From a virus (lineage: Duplodnaviria > Caudoviricetes): 54,347 nt of DNA. The position numbers and the translations under genes were made by a program. Position 1 is the first letter of the stretch, and every line of letters begins with the position of its first letter. Location of the stretch: positions 1-54,347 of IMG/VR virus record IMGVR_UViG_3300032342_001249. One strand, written 5' to 3'. Shown here piece after piece: positions 17,157 through 25,346 of this stretch. Below the pieces are notes generated by a model that searched no databases, was not told the origin of the DNA, and was given only the letters and a program-made list of their open reading frames with translations.

Positions 17157-17235
17157 GCAGCCGTGGCAGAGGTGGTCCTACGTGCGCGAGCCTGAAGAGC
17201 TTGAGATATCCGTTCGATTCGGGTCGGCTGCGCCA
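17157..17235 (+). tRNA. tRNA-Phe(GAA), enlarged D-loop, G73
   Basis: CGAGC-CTGAAGA-GCTTG, GCCA. Confidence 0.78.
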
Positions 17236-17248
17236 ACTAAATAGTAAC

Positions 17249-17290
17249 GGTCTCGTGGCGGAATTGGTAGACGCGCAAGCTTGAGCTTGG
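17249..17290 (+). pseudogene. 5' half of tRNA-Leu(GAG)
   Basis: GGTCTCG-TG-GCGGAATTGGTAGACGC-G-CAAGCTTGAG then breaks off. Confidence 0.75.
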
Positions 17291-17313
17291 TAGACTTGCT
17301 CATAAATAAGAGC

Positions 17314-17760
17314 ATGAAGTATACCAAAGAATTATTAGAACAACACGTCCCCCACGTTCATTCAAATGCGGAATTAGCACGCAGACTGGGGATTGTTCCC
17401 ACAGGAAGTAACACAACCAACCTGGCAAAGCGGTGTCGTCAGCATAACATAGACACCGCTCATTTTACAGGTCAAGCCCACAAACGTGGCAACCATGCTA
17501 ACAATCGATTAGCACATTCGGAAGTGTTGGTGCTGCGCGATAAGATGCAAGGTAGAAACTCTGTTGCAAGGTTACGTAGAGCCATGTTAGAGTCAGGAAT
17601 ACAATACCGTTGTGAGTGTGGCAATGAGGGAGTGTGGAGAGAAAAACTACTACCCCTTGACATTGATCATATCAATGGTGAATTTTGGGATAATAGGCGC
17701 AGCAATCTGCGGTTCATGTGTCCAAATTGTCATAGGCAAACGGATACGTGGGGTAAATAA
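17314..17760 (+). CDS. HNH homing endonuclease
   Basis: LDIDHINGEFWDNRRSNLRFMCPNCH; CATAAATA upstream. Confidence 0.9.
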   Translation: MKYTKELLEQHVPHVHSNAELARRLGIVPTGSNTTNLAKRCRQHNIDTAHFTGQAHKRGNHANNRLAHSEVLVLRDKMQGRNSVARLRRAMLESGIQYRCECGNEGVWREKLLPLDIDHINGEFWDNRRSNLRFMCPNCHRQTDTWGK

Positions 17761-17761
17761 T

Positions 17762-17847
17762 GGGATCGTGATGTAATTGGTAGCCTTCACACGTTGAGAT
17801 CGTGTGGCTCGTAGAGCGTGGGGGTTCGAGTCCCTCCGAGACCACCA
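17762..17847 (+). tRNA. tRNA-Leu(GAG), chimeric, two acceptor mismatches
   Basis: ACACG-TTGAGAT-CGTGT; GGGATCG vs CGAGACC. Confidence 0.75.
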
Positions 17848-17864
17848 TTAGAAAGGGAGTACAA

Positions 17865-18407
17865 ATGAAAGTACGCATCGGTAAATATCGTTCATGGATC
17901 GGTCCATATCAACTTGCTGACATGTTGCAGTATGTTGGTTTGTCTGAAGATCGCTGTTATGCAATTGGAAAGTGGTTAGCAGAAACATGGCTCAATACTG
18001 CATGTGAATGGCTCCATAGTAAGAAGAACCGAGCAGTAAAGATTCATATTGATGATTATGATGTGTGGTCAATGGATTCCACGTTAGCGTATATTGTGTT
18101 GCCGATGCTGAAAAAACTTCAAGAAGTAAAACACGGCTCGCCCATGACGGATGATGAAGACGTACCGGAACAACTTCGTTCAACGGCAGCTCCTCCAACA
18201 AAAAGTGAATGGGACACGGATGATCTATTTCATGATCGTTGGGCGTACATTCTTGGTGAAATGATTTGGGCATTTGAACAAATTCATCCTGAGAACGAAG
18301 AGGAACAATTCAAAAAATACAAGGATGAAGAGAGAGACGAGAGAGAAAAACGAACCAGCAATGGCCTGCGATTGTTCGGGAAGTACTTCCGAGCATTGTG
18401 GGATTGA
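17865..18407 (+). CDS. Hypothetical phage protein
   Basis: AAGGGAG SD; D.WSMD.TLA.I..PML..L and GL.LFGKYF..LWD pattern. Confidence 0.75.
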   Translation: MKVRIGKYRSWIGPYQLADMLQYVGLSEDRCYAIGKWLAETWLNTACEWLHSKKNRAVKIHIDDYDVWSMDSTLAYIVLPMLKKLQEVKHGSPMTDDEDVPEQLRSTAAPPTKSEWDTDDLFHDRWAYILGEMIWAFEQIHPENEEEQFKKYKDEERDEREKRTSNGLRLFGKYFRALWD

Positions 18408-18409
18408 TA

Positions 18410-18931
18410 ATGAAGATTGAAGACATTATCGAATCGTTAAATTTCACAACCAACATCGCATGGAACGGCGACGTGGGTACATTTGAAGTTAACAACCAAA
18501 AGTTTGTGATTACCGTTCGCCCAGCAAATGCCAATGAGAGACAAACGTTTGTTCCATTCTTTGGCAATCGTGCAAATGTGGGAAATGTTGACTTTTCTGC
18601 CGTTACACCAGATGGAACATTGACACAAGATTTAACATCCACGTCTGGAGCAACAGCAATGAAAGTTTTTTCAGTTGTTGCTCAAGCAGTAGCAGAACAA
18701 ATTGCGCAACATCAATACAATATAGTCGTATGTGTTGCAAAACAGAGTGCAAGTCCTACCAACTATACTAATCGTGTTGTCGCGTATGAAACAATCATTG
18801 AACGGGCGGCACGAAAAGCAGGAATGTTGTCAATGACATTGGTGAGCAACGTAACAGAGACTGTATATGTTGTGTATAAACTTGAGCTACATGCTGAAAT
18901 GCAACACGTTAAACAACATTTAGATACTTGA
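18410..18931 (+). CDS. Hypothetical protein
   Basis: MKIEDIIES start, contiguous with the previous gene. Confidence 0.65.
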   Translation: MKIEDIIESLNFTTNIAWNGDVGTFEVNNQKFVITVRPANANERQTFVPFFGNRANVGNVDFSAVTPDGTLTQDLTSTSGATAMKVFSVVAQAVAEQIAQHQYNIVVCVAKQSASPTNYTNRVVAYETIIERAARKAGMLSMTLVSNVTETVYVVYKLELHAEMQHVKQHLDT

Positions 18932-19165
18932 TTTGGACTTTTGAACAAATTCATCCAGACAATGATTGGGAATGTCAATATTTTGGACCCACGTTTAATA
19001 TGGAAGGTCATGATAAACATAATCAACGAATCGAAAATGGTTTACGATTGTTTGGGAAATATTTTCGAGCGTTGTGGGATTAAAATAATGTCAAGTTTCC
19101 TTAGCAAAGAATGGTGATTTTTCGTTTTCGAATAGTAAATAGATTTCGAAAGCGAGGAGAATCAC

Positions 19166-19594
19166 ATGAAAACGTGTTCATCGTGCAGTAAAGGGAAATC
19201 AAACAATGATTTCCGACGTAACAAAAATGCACCAGACGGCTATCAATATTACTGTAAGCTGTGTGCGAGTGAAAAGATTCGATCTGCTTATAAAGCAAAG
19301 TATGCTTACAAGGTTAGAACGCGATCGAATAAGCGTCTTGCGGAGAATCGACAACGAATTCAGAATTACAAGCTGCAGCATCCATGCAATTGTGGTGAAA
19401 TTCATGTGGCTTGTCTTGAATTTCACCACACAGGTGGAAAGGATTTTACCATTGCTGAACGAATGACTAATGCATGGGAAACGATTGAACGCGAGATTCA
19501 AAAATGTATAGTTGTATGTCGTAATTGTCATGCAAAAATACACTGGGAAGATCAACTGGACAGGCGCGCCAGAGCTGATTCGAAATCAGATTGA
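19166..19594 (+). CDS. HNH endonuclease; 3' end runs ~50 nt into a tRNA gene
   Basis: CLEFHH..KDFTI..KC.VVCRNCH.K.H; AGGAG SD. Confidence 0.85.
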   Translation: MKTCSSCSKGKSNNDFRRNKNAPDGYQYYCKLCASEKIRSAYKAKYAYKVRTRSNKRLAENRQRIQNYKLQHPCNCGEIHVACLEFHHTGGKDFTIAERMTNAWETIEREIQKCIVVCRNCHAKIHWEDQLDRRARADSKSD

Positions 19595-19635
19595 ACCGGT
19601 AACGGTTTGGGCTTCGATTGCTCGATCTTCCACAA
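19546..19635 (+). tRNA. tRNA(CGA, Ser) with 8/4 acceptor/T-stem fold
   Basis: GGAAGATC/GATCTTCC 8 bp, GGGC-TTCGATT-GCTC 4 bp, TTCGAAA loop, long variable arm. Confidence 0.75.
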
Positions 19636-19644
19636 ATGTAATAT

Positions 19645-19730
19645 GGCCATGTGGTGGAACTGGTATACACGCTATCCTCAGAAGGTAGTCCTCGCAAGGG
19701 GTTGCAGGTTCGAGTCCTGTTATGGCCACA
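19645..19730 (+). tRNA. tRNA-Leu(CAG)
   Basis: CTATC-CTCAGAA-GGTAG, variable arm. Confidence 0.88.
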
Positions 19731-19770
19731 AACAATGTGAACTGTTACGATCGAACAGTAATAGTCATTT

Positions 19771-19845
19771 GCCCTCGTGGTGTATTGGAGAACATATGAC
19801 GCTTCGAACGTCATGAAAAGGGTTCGATTCCTTTCGAGGGTACCA
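19771..19845 (+). tRNA. tRNA-Arg(TCG)
   Basis: TGACG-CTTCGAA-CGTCA, ACCA. Confidence 0.9.
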
Positions 19846-19860
19846 AATTAGGAGCATATT

Positions 19861-20076
19861 ATGGGATGGAGTTTCATGCAACGTCAATGTCAAAACTGGC
19901 AAGATCAGTCAAGTTGGCGTAAACATGACGATACCTGTCCCTATTGGATGGGACATAGCAAACGAAAGCGTGCCTTGAAGTGTGTTGGTGACTACCACTT
20001 TAATCAGTACTGTAGAGCGTCAGCACGGTTGCGTAAGTTGTATTGGAAATTACATCCACAAGAGAGAAGTTTTTAA
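19861..20076 (+). CDS. Hypothetical basic protein
   Basis: AGGAG SD, 71 aa. Confidence 0.55.
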   Translation: MGWSFMQRQCQNWQDQSSWRKHDDTCPYWMGHSKRKRALKCVGDYHFNQYCRASARLRKLYWKLHPQERSF

Positions 20077-20079
20077 ATA

Positions 20080-20262
20080 TTGAGAAAGTGCGGTGTGGGC
20101 ATCTGCTATCGAGGCGGAAATAGACACACAGGGCTGCGCAGGTCGTATGGTCCGGGCACAAACGGTAGAAGCTGACGACGAGCTAACCCAAATGGGACTA
20201 CTGTATGGCACTCTGAATGCTGGGTTGTGCGGATTGGTGTGAATCCAATCATTTTCTCAACA
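20080..20262 (+). ncRNA. ~180-nt RNA with tRNA-like acceptor and T arm and a large inserted domain
   Basis: ttgagaaagtg/cattttctcaa closing stem, gattgg-tgtgaat-ccaatc arm, ctgcgcag/ttgtgcgg helix. Confidence 0.55.
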
Positions 20263-20270
20263 GAATCCAT

Positions 20271-20357
20271 CGCGGAATCGAGAAGTGGCTGTCTCACCGG
20301 GTTCATACCCCGGGCACGAAAGTGCAAGGTCTGGTTCGAATCCAACTTCCGCAACCA
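20271..20357 (+). tRNA. Initiator tRNA-fMet(CAT) with extra variable-arm hairpin and bulged T-stem
   Basis: C1:A72 mismatch, CCGGG-TTCATAC-CCCGG, GCAC-GAAA-GTGC, ACCA. Confidence 0.82.
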
Positions 20358-20378
20358 AGTTATCATGTAAGTAAAATT

Positions 20379-20455
20379 CTAGATGTGGGAAAGCCTGGTT
20401 AATCTACCTCCCTCGGAAGGAGGAGACGCTGGTTCGAATCCAGCCATCTAGACCA
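20379..20455 (+). tRNA. tRNA-Pro(CGG)
   Basis: CCTCC-CTCGGAA-GGAGG, ACCA. Confidence 0.9.
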
Positions 20456-20575
20456 ACAGTTGCGTAGGAGTGACATACTTCAATCCAAACCGCGAATAGG
20501 AGTTCGATTCTCCTGTAGTCGTCTAATGGTAAGACAGCGGTCAATAAGAACGTCATATCCGAACTATCTCTGTTG
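20456..20575 (+). ncRNA. Y-RNA (YrlA)-like RNA 2, T arm before D arm
   Basis: aggag-ttcgatt-ctcct (20498-20514) precedes gtct-aatggta-agac (20521-20535), enclosed by ccgc/gcgg; same 5' motif as 15782. Confidence 0.6.
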
Positions 20576-20579
20576 ATAT

Positions 20580-20667
20580 TGGGGCGAGGAGTGAAGTGGT
20601 CGAGCCAGCAGCCTTTGAAGCTGTTCGCGAAAAGCGAAAGTACGTTCGAGTCGTACCGCCCTAACCA
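20580..20667 (+). tRNA. tRNA-Gln(TTG) with long variable arm
   Basis: TGGGGCG/CGCCCTA, GCAGC-CTTTGAA-GCTGT, TCGC-GAAAA-GCGA, ACCA. Confidence 0.78.
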
Positions 20668-20668
20668 A

Positions 20669-21448
20669 TTATGGAGTTTGACAGCCTTTGAGTAGCTTAT
20701 CTTGTGCTGCTGGAGACATTGCAATAAAACCTGTCGTAGCCATTTGTTTGCCCTTGATGTACAAATAATTATTTCCGGCACCTGGACTACTTTCGTATTT
20801 GTACCAAACAAGATCACCACCAAGTGAATCACCACCAGCAATTACAGCAAATGTTCGTAAATTTTGAGTCCTTCCACGAAAAGATAAATTATAAACAATT
20901 GTGCTGCTATACACAGTGTTAAATTCCAATCCATTTCGTAGTGCTGCTTTTCGAATAGCCAAAAAATTATTAGTTTGAGGACCCCAGGTGAATCCAGAAG
21001 GATCTCCAGCATACAGGTCTGTTGTTCCTTTGAAATATGGATTGTTAATTTTCTTGCGATGATCAGCCGCGGTAAAGATGTGATGGGGAATATTCTTTTT
21101 TGATATTTGTGTTACCGATCCTAATTTGGATTCCTGAGCAACAAGTTCTTTTACAGCGGTTTTTAACGCTTTACGTCGTGCTAGTGCGGCTGGCAATCGA
21201 ACTATATATCCGTGCATTGTTGGCACGTAAGTTTTAAGAATCTTATCTTCTTGCAACATGGGATTTGGACCGCCAATGTATTTGATGGTTGTGTACGCAT
21301 GTGGTGTGGAGGTATAAGCTTTATCAATTGAACTAACGATAATATGAGCCTGAAGCGCATCATCCCATAAGCTTTGATAATGAGCAATGTGGTGATCAAT
21401 GATGGAAATTTCTCGTTCCAGCCCCGCTAATTTTTCATCGAATATCAT
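20669..21448 (-). CDS. Hypothetical protein, paralog family X member 1
   Basis: Shares motifs with 21445-22233 and 23865-24647. Confidence 0.75.
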   Translation of the reverse strand: MIFDEKLAGLEREISIIDHHIAHYQSLWDDALQAHIIVSSIDKAYTSTPHAYTTIKYIGGPNPMLQEDKILKTYVPTMHGYIVRLPAALARRKALKTAVKELVAQESKLGSVTQISKKNIPHHIFTAADHRKKINNPYFKGTTDLYAGDPSGFTWGPQTNNFLAIRKAALRNGLEFNTVYSSTIVYNLSFRGRTQNLRTFAVIAGGDSLGGDLVWYKYESSPGAGNNYLYIKGKQMATTGFIAMSPAAQDKLLKGCQTP

Positions 21449-22233
21449 ACTTGTACTGCCGATGGTTGATGTATTAATTGTATTTTTTTCAAAGCATTGA
21501 TGATTCTACTTGGTTGAAGCGCACGAGATGTCTTGTGCTGTGTACCAAGAAGAAATAGGCGAGTGGTACGGTCATGACTAGGCTTGCGTGTATAGATAAT
21601 GTCACCATGCCCACCAACAGCTAGAAAAGCAGGATTGCCTCTGCTTCCTTCACTGGCATATACAACATCGAAGTGTAGACCATACTTGGCCATTAATTGT
21701 TTGAGATTATAAAATTCAACAGCTGCAATTGCATCCCAATTAAAGCCTTCAGGTGAACCAGCGTATCGGTTTATAGTCGAAAAATAATATGGATTATCAA
21801 CAGTGTCACGACCACTCAACCTAACTACCTTAGGTACTTGAAAAGCAGGAATTTGTATTGCTGCTGCTTGTGGATCCGCAATAACAGATTGTTTCATTGC
21901 TGATCGCTGAGCTTTTCGATTTTTATCGATCTCTTTTTCTAGTCGATCACCAGCACGGCTGATGTTGTTTAATTCTATTGCTAACCGTTGATGCTGTGGA
22001 GTGTTAGTAATGTATATTACACCACCACGACCATATGGTGACTTTAATGATAGATATTCAATATCGTTAGGATTCTTTTTTACATGAATGGGATTCGTTT
22101 GTGATATTTGATTTTCAAGATCACCAAAAATACTTCGATAATGATTTAATCGATGATCAAGCGACTTTTGAACTCGTTTGAGACGAATTAGTTGGTCTTC
22201 AACAGATTTCCCGGCAAAATCATTAATTTTCAT
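21445..22233 (-). CDS. Hypothetical protein, paralog family X member 2
   Basis: NPYY..RYAGSPEGFNW, YGLHFDVVY. Confidence 0.75.
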   Translation of the reverse strand: MKINDFAGKSVEDQLIRLKRVQKSLDHRLNHYRSIFGDLENQISQTNPIHVKKNPNDIEYLSLKSPYGRGGVIYITNTPQHQRLAIELNNISRAGDRLEKEIDKNRKAQRSAMKQSVIADPQAAAIQIPAFQVPKVVRLSGRDTVDNPYYFSTINRYAGSPEGFNWDAIAAVEFYNLKQLMAKYGLHFDVVYASEGSRGNPAFLAVGGHGDIIYTRKPSHDRTTRLFLLGTQHKTSRALQPSRIINALKKIQLIHQPSAVQV

Positions 22234-22302
22234 AAGGTAGTTATCTTTTGGAGTTCATGAGCTAGTATTTATAAATATCCCTGAATCCAAGGAAAATACA
22301 CC

Positions 22303-23199
22303 ATGAAAATTAAAGACGTTCTAGCAGAAATGGCCAAGAAAGATGATGCAGAAGCTCTGTATCTTCAGCACGTAATAAACAGCGGAATGAGTCGTAGTGA
22401 TTTCATTAGCCTATTACAAAAGCAATTGGGTATGACACCAGCTGGTGCTGCGACATACTACCACAATGCTAAAACAGCTCATACTGCTGGGAAGATTAGT
22501 GGAAGTCCTGCATCACCAATCGCACCCGCTGCTCTAAATCCTGCACACGCGGTTTCAACACCTCGTGCAGCTAAAGTTGCTCCAGTCCCTGTTCAAGCAG
22601 CCCCAGCACAGTGGCTCTTGGATAAAAAAGTGAACGCTACAATAAATCCAAGTGGTCTTTATGATGTACAAGGTGATGTGGATCTTGGTCCAATAAGTGA
22701 AAAAGAACTTCCAATAGCCTTTGGACATGTGGCAGGGAACTTTTTATGTTCTGGTGGCGACTTAATGACCCTAAAAGGATGTCCAACATTAGTTGATGGT
22801 GATTTTTTTGTTGATCACAATCAATTGGCGTCTCTCGTTGGTGGACCAACGGCAGTTGGACTACACGTGACCGTATCAGGAAATGAACAACTTTCTTCAC
22901 TGGAAGGTGCACCACAACAAATTGGTGGTAAGTTGTATCTTCAAGCACTTCCAAATTTGAAATCATTGCAGAACATTCACAAGTCAATAAAACAAATTAA
23001 TGGCGTGATTGACCTGACTGGAACACCCATCCAATCTAACGTTCTTGGGTTGTTGATGATTAAGAAACTTCCAAGTGTGAAAATGGATAACAAAAAAGTG
23101 ATGGAAATTATCAATAAACATCTTGCCGCCGATCGTGATATTCACCAGTGTCAGGAAGAATTGCTTGAAGCAGGACTTGCAAATTTCGCTCGTCTTTGA
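22303..23199 (+). CDS. Protein with L.SL.G.P leucine-rich-like repeats
   Basis: LMTLKGCP, LASLVGGP, LSSLEGAP repeats; TATAAATA upstream. Confidence 0.75.
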   Translation: MKIKDVLAEMAKKDDAEALYLQHVINSGMSRSDFISLLQKQLGMTPAGAATYYHNAKTAHTAGKISGSPASPIAPAALNPAHAVSTPRAAKVAPVPVQAAPAQWLLDKKVNATINPSGLYDVQGDVDLGPISEKELPIAFGHVAGNFLCSGGDLMTLKGCPTLVDGDFFVDHNQLASLVGGPTAVGLHVTVSGNEQLSSLEGAPQQIGGKLYLQALPNLKSLQNIHKSIKQINGVIDLTGTPIQSNVLGLLMIKKLPSVKMDNKKVMEIINKHLAADRDIHQCQEELLEAGLANFARL

Positions 23200-23206
23200 G
23201 ATTAAT

Positions 23207-23280
23207 TGCCTTGTAGTGTAATGGTAGCACACGAGCCTCTGAAGTTCGTTGTCTTGGTTCGAATCCAGGCAGGGTAGCCA
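23207..23280 (+). tRNA. tRNA-Gln(CTG)
   Basis: CGAGC-CTCTGAA-GTTCG, GCCA. Confidence 0.9.
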
Positions 23281-23334
23281 ATTACAATTGAGGTTGTCAA
23301 AGAGGGGAATAAGTAGTACAGTGATCGTTTAAAT

Positions 23335-23412
23335 GCACACGTGTCGGAGTGGTCAAACGAGACTGCCTGCAAAGCAGTAAAATCGGGAGTTCGAATCTCT
23401 CCGTGTGCTCCA
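23335..23412 (+). tRNA. tRNA-Cys(GCA)
   Basis: ACTGC-CTGCAAA-GCAGT, U73, CCA. Confidence 0.9.
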
Positions 23413-23437
23413 ATAATCAGATAAATAGAGGTGTTAG

Positions 23438-23758
23438 ATGACAGAGCATGATCAAGATGGTGGAACAGGTACGATTTCGATCGAAAGAGAAGAAATTAGT
23501 ATTAAGCAACCATCGATGTATCAGGTCATACTGTATAATGATGACTACACTCCATTCAATTTTGTAATGGATGTATTGGTGAAATTCTTTCAGATGGATA
23601 GCCAAAAGGCTTTTAATGTCATGATGGTTGCTCATACAACTGGGAAAGTAATTTGTGGCGTATATCCGAAAGATATCGCTGAAACAAAAGCTAACCAAGC
23701 TACAGAGTATTCAAAAGTACGTGAACATCCGTTACAGTTTTCTGTAGAAGAAGTATAA
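23438..23758 (+). CDS. clpS: ATP-dependent Clp protease adaptor ClpS
   Basis: PSMYQVILYNDDYTP.NFV..VL, AH..G..ICGVY..DIAETK, HPL. Confidence 0.93.
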   Translation: MTEHDQDGGTGTISIEREEISIKQPSMYQVILYNDDYTPFNFVMDVLVKFFQMDSQKAFNVMMVAHTTGKVICGVYPKDIAETKANQATEYSKVREHPLQFSVEEV

Positions 23759-23775
23759 AGTGACGCAAATTTAAT

Positions 23776-23849
23776 GCGGGTATGGTATAAAGGTTGTGCC
23801 CCAGACTTCCAATCTGGAGATAAGGGTCCGAGTCCCTTTACCCGCTCCA
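23776..23849 (+). tRNA. tRNA-Gly(TCC)
   Basis: GCGGGTA/TACCCGC, CTTCCAA loop, TCCA. Confidence 0.92.
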
Positions 23850-23864
23850 AGGAGTACAGCAGCA

Positions 23865-24647
23865 GTGGAATTAGAAGAATTATTTGAATCGGACGATGAG
23901 ATGCTTAGTCGGTATGACCGACAATTGCGTTCGATTAATCACCGTCTCCAGTTTTGGAAAGATCAGTGGGATGATTTACATACTTCACCCCATATTTTTT
24001 CATTGTGGCGTGCGGGTGTGTCCGGAATACCAATACATAATCAAAAAGTAATTGGAAATGACCTGGTCGATGAGATTAATCATCCAGAATTGGTGACTGC
24101 ATTGACAAATATGCTTGCAAAGAAGGAAACACTGGTCGCGAAAAAAGCTACCACCATTAGACAGCAAAAAGCAACAGCACATAAGATTTCAAAAGCGAAA
24201 CAAGCAACAAAAATTTCAAGTACGATTGCGAACATACCACCAACAATCGATCTACCACATAAAAGTTCAACAGGGGTGAAGTTCCGAACAACCCGAAATC
24301 CATATTTAGATTTTTCACATTTTCAATTTGCAGGTAATGCTGATGAATATCATTGGAAGGGTGATGTTGTTTATTATCTTAAACTTAAAACCCTGCTTCA
24401 TAAGTATGGTTTAAAATTTGATGTTGTATATGTTAGCCGTGATGCAGATCCAACAAAACCAGCTGCGTTTGCCGCAATTGGACAAAGTCCAAAAGGACCG
24501 TTGGTGTGGTATCGTGGCGGTAATGGAGGAAAATCTAGTCGTTTCTATGCACCAACATTTTGGCATCTTGGTGTAAATGTAAAATCTTTAACAACGTGGC
24601 CTGATAGTTGGGTACACTCTTTTAAGGAATTATCTAACAACCCATGA
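23865..24647 (+). CDS. Hypothetical protein, paralog family X member 3 (GTG start)
   Basis: AGGAG SD; NPYL..QFAGNADEYHW, YGLKFDVVY. Confidence 0.7.
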   Translation: MELEELFESDDEMLSRYDRQLRSINHRLQFWKDQWDDLHTSPHIFSLWRAGVSGIPIHNQKVIGNDLVDEINHPELVTALTNMLAKKETLVAKKATTIRQQKATAHKISKAKQATKISSTIANIPPTIDLPHKSSTGVKFRTTRNPYLDFSHFQFAGNADEYHWKGDVVYYLKLKTLLHKYGLKFDVVYVSRDADPTKPAAFAAIGQSPKGPLVWYRGGNGGKSSRFYAPTFWHLGVNVKSLTTWPDSWVHSFKELSNNP

Positions 24648-24720
24648 CGTGATGGCTGAATGGTCAGGCGGCAATTTGCAAAATTGTCTTATGTAGGTTC
24701 GAATCCTACTTACGTCTCAA
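24646..24720 (+). tRNA. tRNA-Cys(GCA), second copy, no encoded CCA
   Basis: GCAAT-TTGCAAA-ATTGT, U73. Confidence 0.85.
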
Positions 24721-24736
24721 ATAAGGAATTTGTATC

Positions 24737-25210
24737 ATGGAACAGCCTAACCAAGATAATCACCCTGATTATCATAGTGGCATTGGTACTATTGTGTATG
24801 ATCCATATCGTGGAGATATGAAGGGTCGTACAAAGTGGTGGTGTATTGTTGAAGTTGACAAAGAAATTACGCGCTACTACCGTTGGTGGTTGCAACGTGA
24901 AAAACACATTATTCTTCAAAAACCAGCATGGGATGCTCACATTTCTGTTATTCGAGGTGAGCATGCTTGTTCTCAACATCCTGAATTTTGGAAAAAGTAT
25001 CAGGGTCAGAAAATTCATTTCAAATACGAACATGGCAACCTTTGTCGGGAAGCTGATGCGGATGGTGGATTTTTCTATTGGATCGACGTAGACTGTAATT
25101 TCTTAAATCAAGTTCGTGCGGAATTTGGATTGCCACGTGGTTGGCGATTTCATCTTACTATTGGACGTACGTATCAGTACGAAGCACGAAAACCAAAGGG
25201 AAAATTATGA
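24737..25210 (+). CDS. Putative 2H phosphoesterase
   Basis: Two Hx(S/T) motifs: AHISV and FHLTI. Confidence 0.6.
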   Translation: MEQPNQDNHPDYHSGIGTIVYDPYRGDMKGRTKWWCIVEVDKEITRYYRWWLQREKHIILQKPAWDAHISVIRGEHACSQHPEFWKKYQGQKIHFKYEHGNLCREADADGGFFYWIDVDCNFLNQVRAEFGLPRGWRFHLTIGRTYQYEARKPKGKL

Positions 25211-25346
25211 AAAATATGTGGATTGATATTCAGTTGTGGTGGGATTCGCTCTCCTCCGAATTACGAGAAGTACTAAAAATGACCATTTTTGTTTTCATTA
25301 TCATTATACTTTTAAGTTCATTATTATTATCCTTATTAAATAACGA

